A stretch of DNA of 64,000 bases, taken from assembly GCA_965204735.1 (NCBI GenBank), contig OZ242008.1, positions 4,076,499 through 4,140,498 of the forward strand. The letters run 5' to 3'. Below the pieces are notes generated by a model. It made no database searches. It worked only from the letters and a program-made list of their open reading frames with translations, and was not told where the DNA came from. Position 1 is the first letter of the stretch. Every line of letters starts with the position of its first letter. Positions 38,437-48,323 of the stretch are shown here, piece after piece. The position numbers were made by a program, and so were the translations under genes. The stretch comes from Longimicrobiales bacterium (GTDB taxonomy: Bacteria > Gemmatimonadota > Gemmatimonadetes > Longimicrobiales > Gaopeijiaceae).

Positions 38437-40454
38437 CACTCCTCCGGCAGCCGCAGCGCCACCAGCGCGCCCGCCATCCCCCGTCCGCCCACGGCCATCA
38501 CCACGTACTGGACGCCTTCGTGCATGTAGGTCATCGGCGCGGTCAACGTCGAACCCGGCAGCTCGACCGCCCCCAGCTCCTCGCCCGTCGCCTTGTCCAC
38601 GGCCCGGAAGACCGGCGCCGCGCCCCGGCCCTCGCCGTACATCAGGAGCGTCTTGGTCACCAGCTTGGTGGCGTGGGAGCGGGCACCGGTGTTGCCCACC
38701 TCCACGCCTTGGAGCCGCGGGTGGTTCTTCACCGACTCGGGCGTGGTGCCGTTGGGTATCTGCCATAGATGGTCGCCCGTGTTCAGGTCGATCGCGGTGA
38801 TCGTCCCGTACGGCGGCTTGAAGATCGGCAGGCCCTCGGGGCCGCGCACGCCGCCCGGTCCCACCGACACCCACTCCACGTTCGACTCCGGGTCCACGTC
38901 GGTTCCGGGGACCAGCCGGGGCGCACTGCAACCCCTCGTGGACGCCACGTAGAGGACGCCCGTCTCCGGGTCCGCCGCCGCGCCGCCGGGGATGTTGGCG
39001 CCCCCGTTCGCGCCGGGACAGTGGATCGCGGCTTGCGTGCCGTCGGGCGCGTTCTCGCGCGAAGGCGGGTTGAAGAGCGGCCCCAGCCGAAAGTCCTTCA
39101 CGATCTCCAGGGCCATGGCGCGCAGCTCGGGCGTGAAGTCGATCAGGTCGTCCTCGGCCAGCCCCTGCATCTCGAAGGGAGCGGGGCGCGTCACGAACGG
39201 CTGCGTGGGCGACAGCTGCTCCCCGGGCACGTCGGACCGGGGAACCGGGCGCTCCTCGATCGGCCACACCGGTTCGCCCGTGGCACGGTCCAGGACGTAG
39301 GCCCAGCCCTGCTTGGTGACCTGCGCCAGCACGGGCACCTCTCGGCCGTCCACCGTGACGTCCACCAAGTTGGGCGCCGTCGGGTTGTCGTAGTTCCACA
39401 CGTCGTGGTGCACGGTCTGGAAGTGCCAGCGCCGCTCGCCGGTGGCCACGTCGATCGCCAGGATCGTGTTGGCGAAGAGGTTGTCGCCCGGGTGGAAGCC
39501 GCCGAAGTAGTCGATCGTGGGCGGGTCGGTGACGACGTAGACCAGCCCCAGCTCCGGGTCCGCCGAGAGGGGCGCCCACGCCGACACGTTGCCGGTTCGC
39601 TTCCAGGCGTCGTTCTCCCAGGTGTCGTTGCCGAACTCGCCCTCCTGCGGGATCACGTTGAAGGTCCAGAGGTGCTCGCCGGTGACGGCGTCGTAGCCCA
39701 GGATGTTGCCGGGGACGTTCTCCTGGCGCGTCTGGTAGTAGCCCTGCTCGTGCGAGTTGCCGACCACGACCACGCCGTTCACGACGATCGGCGGCGACGA
39801 GTTGGTGATGTAGCCGGTGGCGGGGTCGAGTCCCTTGTCCCGGTCGTGGGGCCAGGGACCCAGACTGTCCAGAAGGTCCACCACGCCCCCTTCGCCGAAC
39901 GACTCGACGGGGTAGCCGGTGTCGGGGTCCAGGGCGTGAAGGAAGAACGCCGGGGTGACCAGGTAGATTACGCCCCGGCCGTCCACCTCGGCGTAGGCGA
40001 CGCCCTTGCCGTAGTTCTTCCGCATCGAGTCCTCCCAGCGCTTGGTGGGCGGCTCGCGGAAGGTCCAGAGCGTCTCGCCGGTGGCGGGGTCGATCGCGAC
40101 GGCGGTGCGGCGCGAGCCGGCCACCGAGTACAGCGTGCCGTCCACGTAGATCGGCGTGGCCCGGAGCAAGGGGTCCGCCTCGGGGCCGAAGTTGTCGCCC
40201 CGCCACGTCCACGCCACCTCCAAGTCGCCGAAGTTGGAGGCGTCGATCTGGTCCAGGGGCGAGTACCGCGTGCTGGCGGCGTCGCTGCCCCAGTACCGCC
40301 ACTCGCCGTCCTGGGCTTGCAGGGCTTTCGGGACGGCCGACAGGGGACCGGCCGCGAGGATGCCGGCCCAGGCCACGGCCACGGCTGCGCTTCGGCGCCG
40401 GCCTCCTGCCAGACGCTGGAGACGGGGGAGTCCGAACTCGGCGGCATGGGGCAT
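38436..40454 (-). CDS. PQQ-dependent glucose/quinate-type dehydrogenase
   Basis: TRYSPLDQI, WHFQTVHHDVWNYD, CPGANGGAN, KPPYGTITAIDL, APMTY. Confidence 0.9.
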   Translation of the reverse strand: MPHAAEFGLPRLQRLAGGRRRSAAVAVAWAGILAAGPLSAVPKALQAQDGEWRYWGSDAASTRYSPLDQIDASNFGDLEVAWTWRGDNFGPEADPLLRATPIYVDGTLYSVAGSRRTAVAIDPATGETLWTFREPPTKRWEDSMRKNYGKGVAYAEVDGRGVIYLVTPAFFLHALDPDTGYPVESFGEGGVVDLLDSLGPWPHDRDKGLDPATGYITNSSPPIVVNGVVVVGNSHEQGYYQTRQENVPGNILGYDAVTGEHLWTFNVIPQEGEFGNDTWENDAWKRTGNVSAWAPLSADPELGLVYVVTDPPTIDYFGGFHPGDNLFANTILAIDVATGERRWHFQTVHHDVWNYDNPTAPNLVDVTVDGREVPVLAQVTKQGWAYVLDRATGEPVWPIEERPVPRSDVPGEQLSPTQPFVTRPAPFEMQGLAEDDLIDFTPELRAMALEIVKDFRLGPLFNPPSRENAPDGTQAAIHCPGANGGANIPGGAAADPETGVLYVASTRGCSAPRLVPGTDVDPESNVEWVSVGPGGVRGPEGLPIFKPPYGTITAIDLNTGDHLWQIPNGTTPESVKNHPRLQGVEVGNTGARSHATKLVTKTLLMYGEGRGAAPVFRAVDKATGEELGAVELPGSTLTAPMTYMHEGVQYVVMAVGGRGMAGALVALRLPEE

Positions 40455-40674
40455 CGCGGCTCTTTCCTTCGGCTGGGGATCTACCGGCGGCTGGGGGATA
40501 TACCGGCGCTGCCAGCCCTGACGGCCGGAGCGCTCTTCGCAGCATACTACTTCCCGGCGGCAACGCTGGCCAGCGGAACCAGGGGCGCGCTTTGGCGGCT
40601 GCTTGGCTCGCCGCTCCTCACGCCAGGAGGCGGCCCGCCGCCCCTCACGCCCAGGAGGCGCGCGCTTCACAGCG

Positions 40675-41709
40675 TCACGGCGGCGGAAGCTCGCCGTCCA
40701 GCTCCATGTAGACGCGTGCTATCGCCCGAGCGGCTTGGCTGGAGCGCAGCGACCACTCCTCCAGCTCCCCGAAGTCGGCGTGCTCGACCGCTTCTTCCAA
40801 GGTCAGCCCCGCGGTGTGGAGCCGCGTCGCCTCGTCCACCACCTGCGCGACCGCCCGGCGGAAGACCTCCAGCTCCGCCTCGAGCACGGGGGGCGAGTCC
40901 ACGAAGCCGTGGCCGGGGACGTACACATCCGCGTCCATCGCCTGGGCCGCCTTGATCATAGCGACCCACTCCGACGGGAAGGCCGACCGCATCGCCGGGA
41001 AGATCCGGTGCAGGTACGCCTCGCTCATGAAGAGCACCCCTTCCCGGGGCAGGTGGACGACCAGGTCGCCGCCCGTGTGAGCCCGTCCCAGGAAGAGGAT
41101 GCGCACTTCCGTGCCGCCCAAGTTCAGGGTCCGGCTCGTCTCCACGATCTCGTTGGGGAGGACGACGGGAGGCGCGTCGGCAGGTCGTCCGGCCCGGCCG
41201 GCCGCCGCCTCCAGCGCCGCCGCCGAAGTCGGATGAGCGTAGAAGCGGGCGTCGGGCGGGAACTCGCTGTTGCCGGCGGTGTGGTCGCCGTGGTCCGAGC
41301 AGATCACCACGTGGGCGATGGGCTGGTCGGTGATGCCGGCAATCGTCTCCACCAGCCGTCGCGTCTCCTCCGGGCTCCCCTGCCCGTCGGCCACGAGGAC
41401 GCCTTCGTCGGTCGTCACGAACATGCTGACGGTGGTGAAGAGCTCGTCGCCGGCGGAACGAAGCTGCTCGTAGGAGTAGACCCCTGGCGCCAGCTCCTGG
41501 ACCCGCGGAAAGTCGTGCACCGAGTAGCCTCGGGCGACGGGGTCGGCCGTGCGGACGGCCTCGGGCGGCTGGACGTGCGCCGACTGGCCTTCGGCCGATC
41601 CGCCGGAGGAAGGCTCGCCGGAGGGTTGGCCGCAGGCGGTCACGGCGGCCGCGGCCGCAAGGCACGTCGCGAAGACGGCTTCCATGGATCGGGCGACTCG
41701 TCGGGGCAT
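40675..41709 (-). CDS. MBL-fold metallo-hydrolase lipoprotein
   Basis: SDHGDHTAGN, AHTGGD, VPGHG; lipobox VTAC. Confidence 0.85.
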   Translation of the reverse strand: MPRRVARSMEAVFATCLAAAAAVTACGQPSGEPSSGGSAEGQSAHVQPPEAVRTADPVARGYSVHDFPRVQELAPGVYSYEQLRSAGDELFTTVSMFVTTDEGVLVADGQGSPEETRRLVETIAGITDQPIAHVVICSDHGDHTAGNSEFPPDARFYAHPTSAAALEAAAGRAGRPADAPPVVLPNEIVETSRTLNLGGTEVRILFLGRAHTGGDLVVHLPREGVLFMSEAYLHRIFPAMRSAFPSEWVAMIKAAQAMDADVYVPGHGFVDSPPVLEAELEVFRRAVAQVVDEATRLHTAGLTLEEAVEHADFGELEEWSLRSSQAARAIARVYMELDGELPPP

Positions 41710-41866
41710 GGTCCTAATCTTTGCTTCAAAGCTCGGTTCGCGCCACAAAGAGCGCCCCTGGCGTCCGCTGCGTCCGCTCGGAGACCTCGCTCGGTTCGCC
41801 GGGAGGGGTCGTCCGCGCTAGAATAGGGTTCGCCAAACAGCCCCGAGACTCCAAGGAGGCGTCAAG

Positions 41867-42811
41867 ATGAAGAACGGACGGTGGTTCCCTTCGGCGACCG
41901 CATGGCGGGCAACGGTTTCTGCGCTGGCGCTCGCGGCGTGGTTGCCGCCGGTCGCCGGGCACGCCCAGCAGCGCGGCAGAGACCTGACCCCGGAGCAGCG
42001 CGCCGCCCGCGCCGCCGAGATGGAAGCGGCGTTCCAGGCCGACATGGCGATGGAGCGGCCCATCGAGGCGCTGAACACGGTGTGGATCGAGGAGATGACC
42101 TGGATGGAGGTCCGGGACGCCCTTCGAGACGGCAAGACCACCGCCATCGTCTCCACCGGCGGGATCGAGCAGAACGGTCCCTACCTGGCGACGGGGAAGC
42201 ACAACTACGTGCTGGCGGGCGCGTGCGAGGGGATCGCGAGGAAGCTGGGGAACGCGCTGTGCGCACCGGTGCTCAAGCTGGTGCCGGAAGGCGCCATCGA
42301 GCCGGAGAAGACGGGCCACATGCGCTATCCGGGCACGATCAGCCTGCAAGAGGAGACCTATCGCGCCGTGCTGGACGACGTGGCGAGCAGCCTCCGCGCC
42401 CACGGCTTCACCGACGTCGTCTTCATCGGCGACAGCGGGGGCAACCAGCGGGGAATGGAGGCGGTGGCGGCGACGCTGAACGAGCGCTGGGACGGCGAGG
42501 GCCGGGCCCACTTCGTGCCCGAGTTCTACCGCTACGCCGACGTCCGGAGCTGGATGAACGAGGAGCTGGGCATCGAGCAGCCGACCGACGACGGCTTCCA
42601 CGACGACTTCGTGATCACGGCGATCATGATGGTGGAGGACCCGGCGATGGTGCGCCACGCCCAGCGGGTGGCGGCGGGGAAGGCGTCGATCAACGGCGTC
42701 AGCATCGCCGACAAGGAGGACGCGATCGAGACGGGCCGGAAGCTGCTGGGCTTCCGCGTGGACCAGACGGTCAAGGCGATCCGGGCGGCAGTCGCGGGAT
42801 CGATGCAGTAG
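41867..42811 (+). CDS. Creatininase family protein (secreted)
   Basis: EEMTWMEV, GGIEQNGP, HMRYPGTISL, DSGGNQ; signal peptide. Confidence 0.87.
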   Translation: MKNGRWFPSATAWRATVSALALAAWLPPVAGHAQQRGRDLTPEQRAARAAEMEAAFQADMAMERPIEALNTVWIEEMTWMEVRDALRDGKTTAIVSTGGIEQNGPYLATGKHNYVLAGACEGIARKLGNALCAPVLKLVPEGAIEPEKTGHMRYPGTISLQEETYRAVLDDVASSLRAHGFTDVVFIGDSGGNQRGMEAVAATLNERWDGEGRAHFVPEFYRYADVRSWMNEELGIEQPTDDGFHDDFVITAIMMVEDPAMVRHAQRVAAGKASINGVSIADKEDAIETGRKLLGFRVDQTVKAIRAAVAGSMQ

Positions 42812-42864
42812 CCGAGCAAGGACGAACACGAGCACGGAACCAGGAACCAAAGGAGACGGATCGA

Positions 42865-43458
42865 ATGCGCGGACTCATCCTGCCGGCCTTGGCGCTCGCC
42901 GCGATCGTTGCGGCCGCGCCGGGGGACGCGAAGGCGCAGGAAGCGGGGGCGGGCCTCGTCGAAGTGGGCGCGATGGCGCCGGAGATCGAGATGACGGGCG
43001 CGACGCGCCACGGCGTCCTGCGGGACAAGATCAAGCTCAGCGACTACCGCGGGGAGACGGTGGTGCTGGCGTTCTTCTTTCGAGTAAGGACGCGTGGCTG
43101 AACGGTCCAGATGAGAGCGTACCGTGATCAGTACGCAGAGCTTTTCAACGAGGGCCGGAACGTGGTGCTGCTGGGCGTGTCCAACGACTCGCCCGAGGAG
43201 CTTGCCTCCTGGCTGAAGGACGAGGACTTCCCCTTCGTCTTCGGAAGCGACGCCGAGAACGACGGGGCGTCCTACGCGGCGTTCGGCGGCGGTCTGCGGG
43301 ACAACGGGATGGTGGACAGCCGAGCCGTGATCGTGGTAGGTCCCGACGGCCGGGTCGCCAAGGTGATTCCCCAGTTCAACCAAGTGGACCCTGCGGCGTA
43401 CGACGAGCTGGCGGCAGCGATCGACGAGGTGACCCCCGAACCGGAGGGAGCGGGCTAG
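42865..43458 (+). CDS. Secreted peroxiredoxin/BCP-like protein, predicted selenoprotein (TGA 43099-43101 = Sec)
   Basis: The two track ORFs are in the same frame. TGA occupies the peroxidatic Cys position (VLAFFFRVRTRG-U-TVQM; compare TxxC). A SECIS-like hairpin follows. Confidence 0.85.
43117..43136 (+). promoter_or_regulatory. Bacterial SECIS-like stem-loop
   Basis: GCGTAC-CGTGATCA-GTACGC. The loop starts 21 nt after TGA and has G then T near its start. Confidence 0.7.
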
Positions 43459-43551
43459 TCCCCAGGCGGCCGAGCTGGGCGGGCGCGACTAGGCGGGCGC
43501 GACGTGCTTCGCTACGCTCCGCCGGAGAAGGCTAGTCCCACAGGTGCCGGG

Positions 43552-44232
43552 CTAGGCGCCGCCGATCATCGCTTCCACGGCTCCGACCAAGTCCTGCTCC
43601 GGGCCGGTGCCTGCATAGGCGACCCGGCCGTCGCCGTCCACCAGCACGACGATCGAGGTGGTGAGGGCTTGGTAGGCCCGCACCGCTTCTCCCGAGGCGT
43701 CGTAGACGTACGGGTAGCCGGGCGAGTGCCGCTCCACGTGGCGACGCACCCGGCGACGGGACTGGGCCACGGCCACGGCCACGGCCACTACGCCGACCTG
43801 ACCGGCCCACCGTTCCCGCACTGCGTCCAGCTGAGGCTGCAGGGCCTCGCACTGCTCGCACCAGGAGGCCCAGAACTCGATCAAGGCCGGCCGTCCGCCG
43901 GTCACGCCCGCCATGTCCAAAAGGGATACGGCGGCGCCCTCCAGGTCTTCGACCGTGGCATCGGGCGCGGGCGTGCCGACGGGAAGGGCGACTCCCTCTT
44001 GGGCGGCCAAGGGCCAAGCCGTCGCCGCCGTCGAGACGAGGGCGCCGGAGAGGAGGCCGCCGCCGACGGCCACGGCGAAGGCGGCTCGGGTTGCCAGCGA
44101 GACGGCTCGGGTCGCCAAGACGGTTCGGGGCGCCAGCGGGCCGGTTCGGGGCGCCAACGACACGACTCGCGCCGCCAGCGAGACGGCTCGCGGCGCCCCC
44201 GCGGTGGAGTTGCTCGGATCGGGTCTGGTCAC
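43552..44232 (-). CDS. TlpA-family thiol:disulfide oxidoreductase
   Basis: EFWASWCEQC; signal peptide ending AWPLAA. Confidence 0.88.
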   Translation of the reverse strand: MTRPDPSNSTAGAPRAVSLAARVVSLAPRTGPLAPRTVLATRAVSLATRAAFAVAVGGGLLSGALVSTAATAWPLAAQEGVALPVGTPAPDATVEDLEGAAVSLLDMAGVTGGRPALIEFWASWCEQCEALQPQLDAVRERWAGQVGVVAVAVAVAQSRRRVRRHVERHSPGYPYVYDASGEAVRAYQALTTSIVVLVDGDGRVAYAGTGPEQDLVGAVEAMIGGA

Positions 44233-44294
44233 GGTGACCTCGGAAGATCGAGAACGGGGGAAAGCGCCGGAGAAGTTGCGGACGAAGCGCCGAA

Positions 44295-45014
44295 TCAAAG
44301 GTTGAAGCCGGCCTGGATGAAGTAGTACTCCGCGACGCCCAGCATGACGACCGCCGCGACCTTCTTCACCGCCGCCATCCACCTTCCCGAACGCGGCAGC
44401 GCGGCCACGGCGCCCGAGAAGAGGCCCACCACCACCAGCAGCGCGGTCATTCCCAGCGAGAAGACGAAGAGGTAGGCGAAGCCCATCAGCCCGGCCCCCG
44501 TGGCGGCGACCCACGCCAGCACGGCCCCGAAGGCCGGGGCGCCGCAGGGGGCGGCCACGACCCCGGAGGTCGCGCCCAGCACGAACACGGCGCCGTAGGA
44601 GCCCCCTTCCCGGCTTGCGGCCCACGCCAGCAGCCGCTTCGGCACGGGCACGGGCAGGACGTCGAGCATGGCCAGGGCGAACACCAGCAGGAGGTTGCCG
44701 ATGGCGAAGAGGGCCCACGGGCTGGCGCTCACGGTGCCGAAGAGGGTTCCCGTGAGCCCCGCGACGGTGCCCAGGACGGCGTAGAGCAAGGCCAAGCCGG
44801 CCGCGTAGGTCGCGGTGAGCCCCGCCGTGCGCCAGGGGCGGCCCTCCTGGGCGGTGCCCGAGATCACCGACGCGGTGATCGGGATCATGGGGTAGACGCA
44901 CGGCGTGAGGCTGGTCAGCACGCCGGCGCCGAAGAGCACGGCCAGGGCCAGCAGGGGACTCGAGCCCAGGGCGGCGGAGAGGCCGCCCGCGGGCTCGAGC
45001 TGAAGAACGGTCAC
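44295..45014 (-). CDS. ccdA: CcdA/DsbD-beta transmembrane electron transporter
   Basis: LTSLTPCVYPMIP and AAPCGAP; multiple TM helices. Confidence 0.88.
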   Translation of the reverse strand: MTVLQLEPAGGLSAALGSSPLLALAVLFGAGVLTSLTPCVYPMIPITASVISGTAQEGRPWRTAGLTATYAAGLALLYAVLGTVAGLTGTLFGTVSASPWALFAIGNLLLVFALAMLDVLPVPVPKRLLAWAASREGGSYGAVFVLGATSGVVAAPCGAPAFGAVLAWVAATGAGLMGFAYLFVFSLGMTALLVVVGLFSGAVAALPRSGRWMAAVKKVAAVVMLGVAEYYFIQAGFNL

Positions 45015-45045
45015 CGTGCCGGGACGTCCGCTCCCGGCGCCAAGG

Positions 45046-46218
45046 TCACTTCCCCCGCCTCTTGGCCTTTCGGCCCGAGCTTCCGCTGCGGGCGGGAGGC
45101 GGCGAAGTGCGGCTCCCCCCGCTGCTGCCGATCGTGGAGCGGCCCGAGCCCGAACCGAACGGCTGGCTGGAAGGCGCCACGGCGGCGGCCCCGCCTCGCC
45201 GGTACCCCTTGCCCGCGACCACTCGGCCCCCCGCCGCCGGCAGCTTGCGGTCCACGTTCACCACGACCGGCGTGTAGCCGTAGCCGTAGCCCCAGTTCCG
45301 CCAGCCCCCGTAGCCGTAGCCCCCGTAGCCGAACCTGCTGTAGCGGGAGTAGCCATAGCCGTAGCCGTAGTAGGGGTCGTAGTAGCCTGTCGGGTCGAGC
45401 CAGATCGGCCGGCCGGCGCGTCGCGCCCCGGCGTATTCGTCGGGCGCCGGGCGACCGCGGTTCAGGGCGAAGCGCTCGGGAAACGAGACCGCCACCACCA
45501 CGTCCACCACGTCTTCGGGGACCCCGGCGTCGGCCATGCGGATCAGGTCGTCGGCGTCCAGTCCCCGGAACTCCTGGCCCAGCTCGGCCACCCACGCCTC
45601 GACCGCCTTGCCGTCCACGTTGCGCGCCGCGTCGATCACGTCCGCCACGTCGATCGGCGCCGTGGCGCGGGCCGCGGCGGCGCCCCCGGCGAAGGGACGC
45701 GCTCCGGTGCGGATTCCGAGCTCCGCCAGCACGTCGTCGTCGGCCCGCTGGTACCACCGGGACCAAGCCGTGGTCCCGCCGTTCGCCTCCATCGCGCGCA
45801 CGTCCACCCACTCGTCGAGCGCGGGCATGGAGATGATCCCCGTGCTCCGCCGAAGCGACCCGCCCTGGCAGGTGACGGCAGAGGCCGTGTAGATGCGCTG
45901 CCCGTCCGACGACGCCCGAGCCGTCTCCGTCCCGCGGCACTCGTCCTGCTCGACGGAGCGCTCCCTGCCGTCCACCGAGAAGGGTTCCCGGTACTCGACG
46001 GCGCCGTCCACCACCGTCAGCATCTCGACCCGGCCGTCGGTCGGGACGAAGCAGAGCACGCCCTCGCCGGGGACCACGTCCAGAGCTTCCCAGCAGCCGA
46101 TGTAGGGCTGTAGCGCCAGCGCCTCCTGAGCCTGCGCCCGGTGGTCCGCCGGAGCGGCCAGCGTCGCGGCGGCGACCAGGGCCGCCAAGCTTGCCGTTGT
46201 CGTCTTCGTCTTCCTCAT
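45046..46218 (-). CDS. Hypothetical secreted protein with Gly/Tyr-rich C-terminus
   Basis: Signal peptide, globular core, YGYG repeats; AAGGAG RBS. Confidence 0.75.
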   Translation of the reverse strand: MRKTKTTTASLAALVAAATLAAPADHRAQAQEALALQPYIGCWEALDVVPGEGVLCFVPTDGRVEMLTVVDGAVEYREPFSVDGRERSVEQDECRGTETARASSDGQRIYTASAVTCQGGSLRRSTGIISMPALDEWVDVRAMEANGGTTAWSRWYQRADDDVLAELGIRTGARPFAGGAAAARATAPIDVADVIDAARNVDGKAVEAWVAELGQEFRGLDADDLIRMADAGVPEDVVDVVVAVSFPERFALNRGRPAPDEYAGARRAGRPIWLDPTGYYDPYYGYGYGYSRYSRFGYGGYGYGGWRNWGYGYGYTPVVVNVDRKLPAAGGRVVAGKGYRRGGAAAVAPSSQPFGSGSGRSTIGSSGGSRTSPPPARSGSSGRKAKRRGK

Positions 46219-46247
46219 CGTCGTTCTCCTTTCGGCTGGAACCGGGA

Positions 46248-47054
46248 TCATAGCCTGATGGACACGCCGGCCGTCGCCAGGAAGCCTGCCAAGTCCAGGT
46301 CGGCAAACCCCACGAAGTCGGCTTCAAGAGGCGCCTTGGCGAATCCGTAGCGGGCCTCTCCGGTCAGGGCCACGCGGGGTCCCAGGCTCACTTCCGCGCC
46401 ACCCATCAAATGTACGGTCGGCGCCCGTCCGTCGGAAACAAAGCTGTCCTCGAAGATCTCTTCGGTCTCGTAGTCGACGAACTCGCCGAACTGGCTGAAG
46501 CGGTACCACACGAAGCCGCCCGCCGCCCCGACGTAGGCGTTCCACTTCCGCGGAATCCAGGCGAAGCGACCGACGGAGCGCCCCCGCTCCCACAGGTACG
46601 CCTTCACGCCGGCGGTCGCGGGGATGGTCCTGAACTCGGTGTTCTGGACGATGGGCAGGTCGTCCACGCCCACCCAGTCCCGGAACTCGGACTCGGTCCT
46701 GGACCGGGAGAACCCGACGCCGACCACGACGTCCAGGCGCTCGCCGACCCGCACCCCCAGGTCTCCGGCGAAGTGCAGTCCTCCGAAGTCGCTCGTCTCC
46801 GTCGTGAGCTCCTTCCTGGTGAAGTCCCACAGGCTCTCTCCACCGTTGCCTCCCCCGGCGCGCGGCATGTGGTACCCCGCCCTCACCGTCAGCGAAGCGT
46901 AGGGCGCGCCCAGCAGGAAGCCCCGGGCCGACTGGGCCGCAGCCTCGGGCGTCGCCAGCCCCGACGCCGCCCCGCCGATCGCCAGCGCTACGGCTGCGGT
47001 TGCAGCGCCGGCGAGTCTTCCCCACCCCTTCCGTTGCCTCGTCCTGCAAGTCAT
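46248..47054 (-). CDS. Small outer-membrane beta-barrel protein
   Basis: Signal peptide, amphipathic strands, C-terminal GVSIRL. Confidence 0.7.
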   Translation of the reverse strand: MTCRTRQRKGWGRLAGAATAAVALAIGGAASGLATPEAAAQSARGFLLGAPYASLTVRAGYHMPRAGGGNGGESLWDFTRKELTTETSDFGGLHFAGDLGVRVGERLDVVVGVGFSRSRTESEFRDWVGVDDLPIVQNTEFRTIPATAGVKAYLWERGRSVGRFAWIPRKWNAYVGAAGGFVWYRFSQFGEFVDYETEEIFEDSFVSDGRAPTVHLMGGAEVSLGPRVALTGEARYGFAKAPLEADFVGFADLDLAGFLATAGVSIRL

Positions 47055-47103
47055 TTCATGCCTCCCGCTGCGGTGGTCGATCATGCGCCGACACCAAATG
47101 TGA

Positions 47104-47119
47104 AGCAAGAATCATGCCA
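47104..47119 (-). promoter_or_regulatory. Sigma-54 (-24/-12) promoter
   Basis: Minus strand TGGCATGATTCTTGCT versus consensus TGGCAC-N5-TTGCW, with correct GG/GC spacing, 50 nt upstream of the beta-barrel gene. Confidence 0.72.
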
Positions 47120-47300
47120 GCGTTCCGGAGCGGATCGACGCGGCGAGCGGATTCTTCGTCTGCTGCGGGCTGCACGCCCTTGGGGGGCGGATCGACGCGA
47201 CGAGCCAGCCCGTCGCGGAACTCTCGGCGGAACCGGCGCCGTCCACCATTTGCGACACCAGCCGTCACGTTTTCGCGACACGAGGCTTGCCGGACCGGCG

Positions 47301-48224
47301 TCAGCCCTCGTCGCCCGCCCGCAGCGTCCGGTCCAGGTAGGACTTGAGGCGCGTCCATGCGTCGGCGGCGGGCGCGGCGCGAACGTCCGGGTCCTCGTCC
47401 ACCCGGAGCCAGAAGCCGTGGTTCACGTCGTCGTAGACGTGCAGGTCGTGCTCGACGCCGGCGGCCCGCAGCGCGCTCTCGAAGGCCGCGACCGACTCGG
47501 GGGAAGGTCCGTTGTCCAGGGCAGCGAACGTTCCGTAGACCTCGTGGTCGAGCCGGGCCAGCGCTTCGGGGTCGTCCACCAGTCGGCCGTAGAAGATCGC
47601 CGTGGCCTCGTGGTTCTCTCCGTCCAGTCCGAAGGAAAGCGCCACGCCTCCGCCGAAGCACCAGCCCATGGCGCCGACGCGGCCGGTCACGTCGGTGCGG
47701 CCCTTCAGGTAGGCGACGGCGGCGTTCAGGTTCGCGATCATCTTGGCGGGGTCGGACTGGGCTTCCCGCACCAGTGCCATGTTCTCGTCCCGGTTCGAGC
47801 CGGTGCGGCCTTGAAACAGGTCGGCCGCCAGGGTCACGTAGCCCTCGTCGGCGAAGTCGTCGGCCAGCTGCCGGACCCGGTCCTGCAGCCCGTTCCACTC
47901 GTGGATGATCACCAGCGCCGGGAACGGTCCGTCGCCGGCGGGGACGGCCAGGTAGCCCGTGGTCAGGGCGTCGCCGTCCACGTAGGAGAGGTCTGCGCCT
48001 TCCAGCGCGCCGCCTTGGCCGGTGATGGCGGGGGGCAGCTGGGCGACGGACTCGGCGGAGGCAGCGGCGGAAGCGCCGGCGGACTCGGCGCCTTGGCCAG
48101 CGTCCTCTTCGGGAGGGGCGCCGGTGCAGGCGGCGAGGGTCAGGGCGACGGCGAGCGGCCTGGCGACGGCGAACGGGACGCTGCAGCGGGAGGCGCGGCG
48201 GCGGGCTTCGGCAAGAGGATTCAT
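47301..48224 (-). CDS. Dienelactone hydrolase family lipoprotein
   Basis: HEWNGL, GWCFGG nucleophile, HGF; lipobox LAAC. Confidence 0.92.
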   Translation of the reverse strand: MNPLAEARRRASRCSVPFAVARPLAVALTLAACTGAPPEEDAGQGAESAGASAAASAESVAQLPPAITGQGGALEGADLSYVDGDALTTGYLAVPAGDGPFPALVIIHEWNGLQDRVRQLADDFADEGYVTLAADLFQGRTGSNRDENMALVREAQSDPAKMIANLNAAVAYLKGRTDVTGRVGAMGWCFGGGVALSFGLDGENHEATAIFYGRLVDDPEALARLDHEVYGTFAALDNGPSPESVAAFESALRAAGVEHDLHVYDDVNHGFWLRVDEDPDVRAAPAADAWTRLKSYLDRTLRAGDEG

Positions 48225-48323
48225 GGCGTGCGACCTCGGCTGTTGGGGCGTGCCCGCTGGTCGACTTCTCCGTATAGTGTCCAAGGCGGGCCGAGACCCA
48301 CCATTAACCTGGAGGAGCACGAA

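Noticed and set aside
43099..43101. Nonsense-mutation pseudogene interpretation of the peroxiredoxin
   Set aside because: The stop is TGA exactly at the catalytic Cys site with a downstream hairpin, which fits Sec recoding better; not formally excluded.
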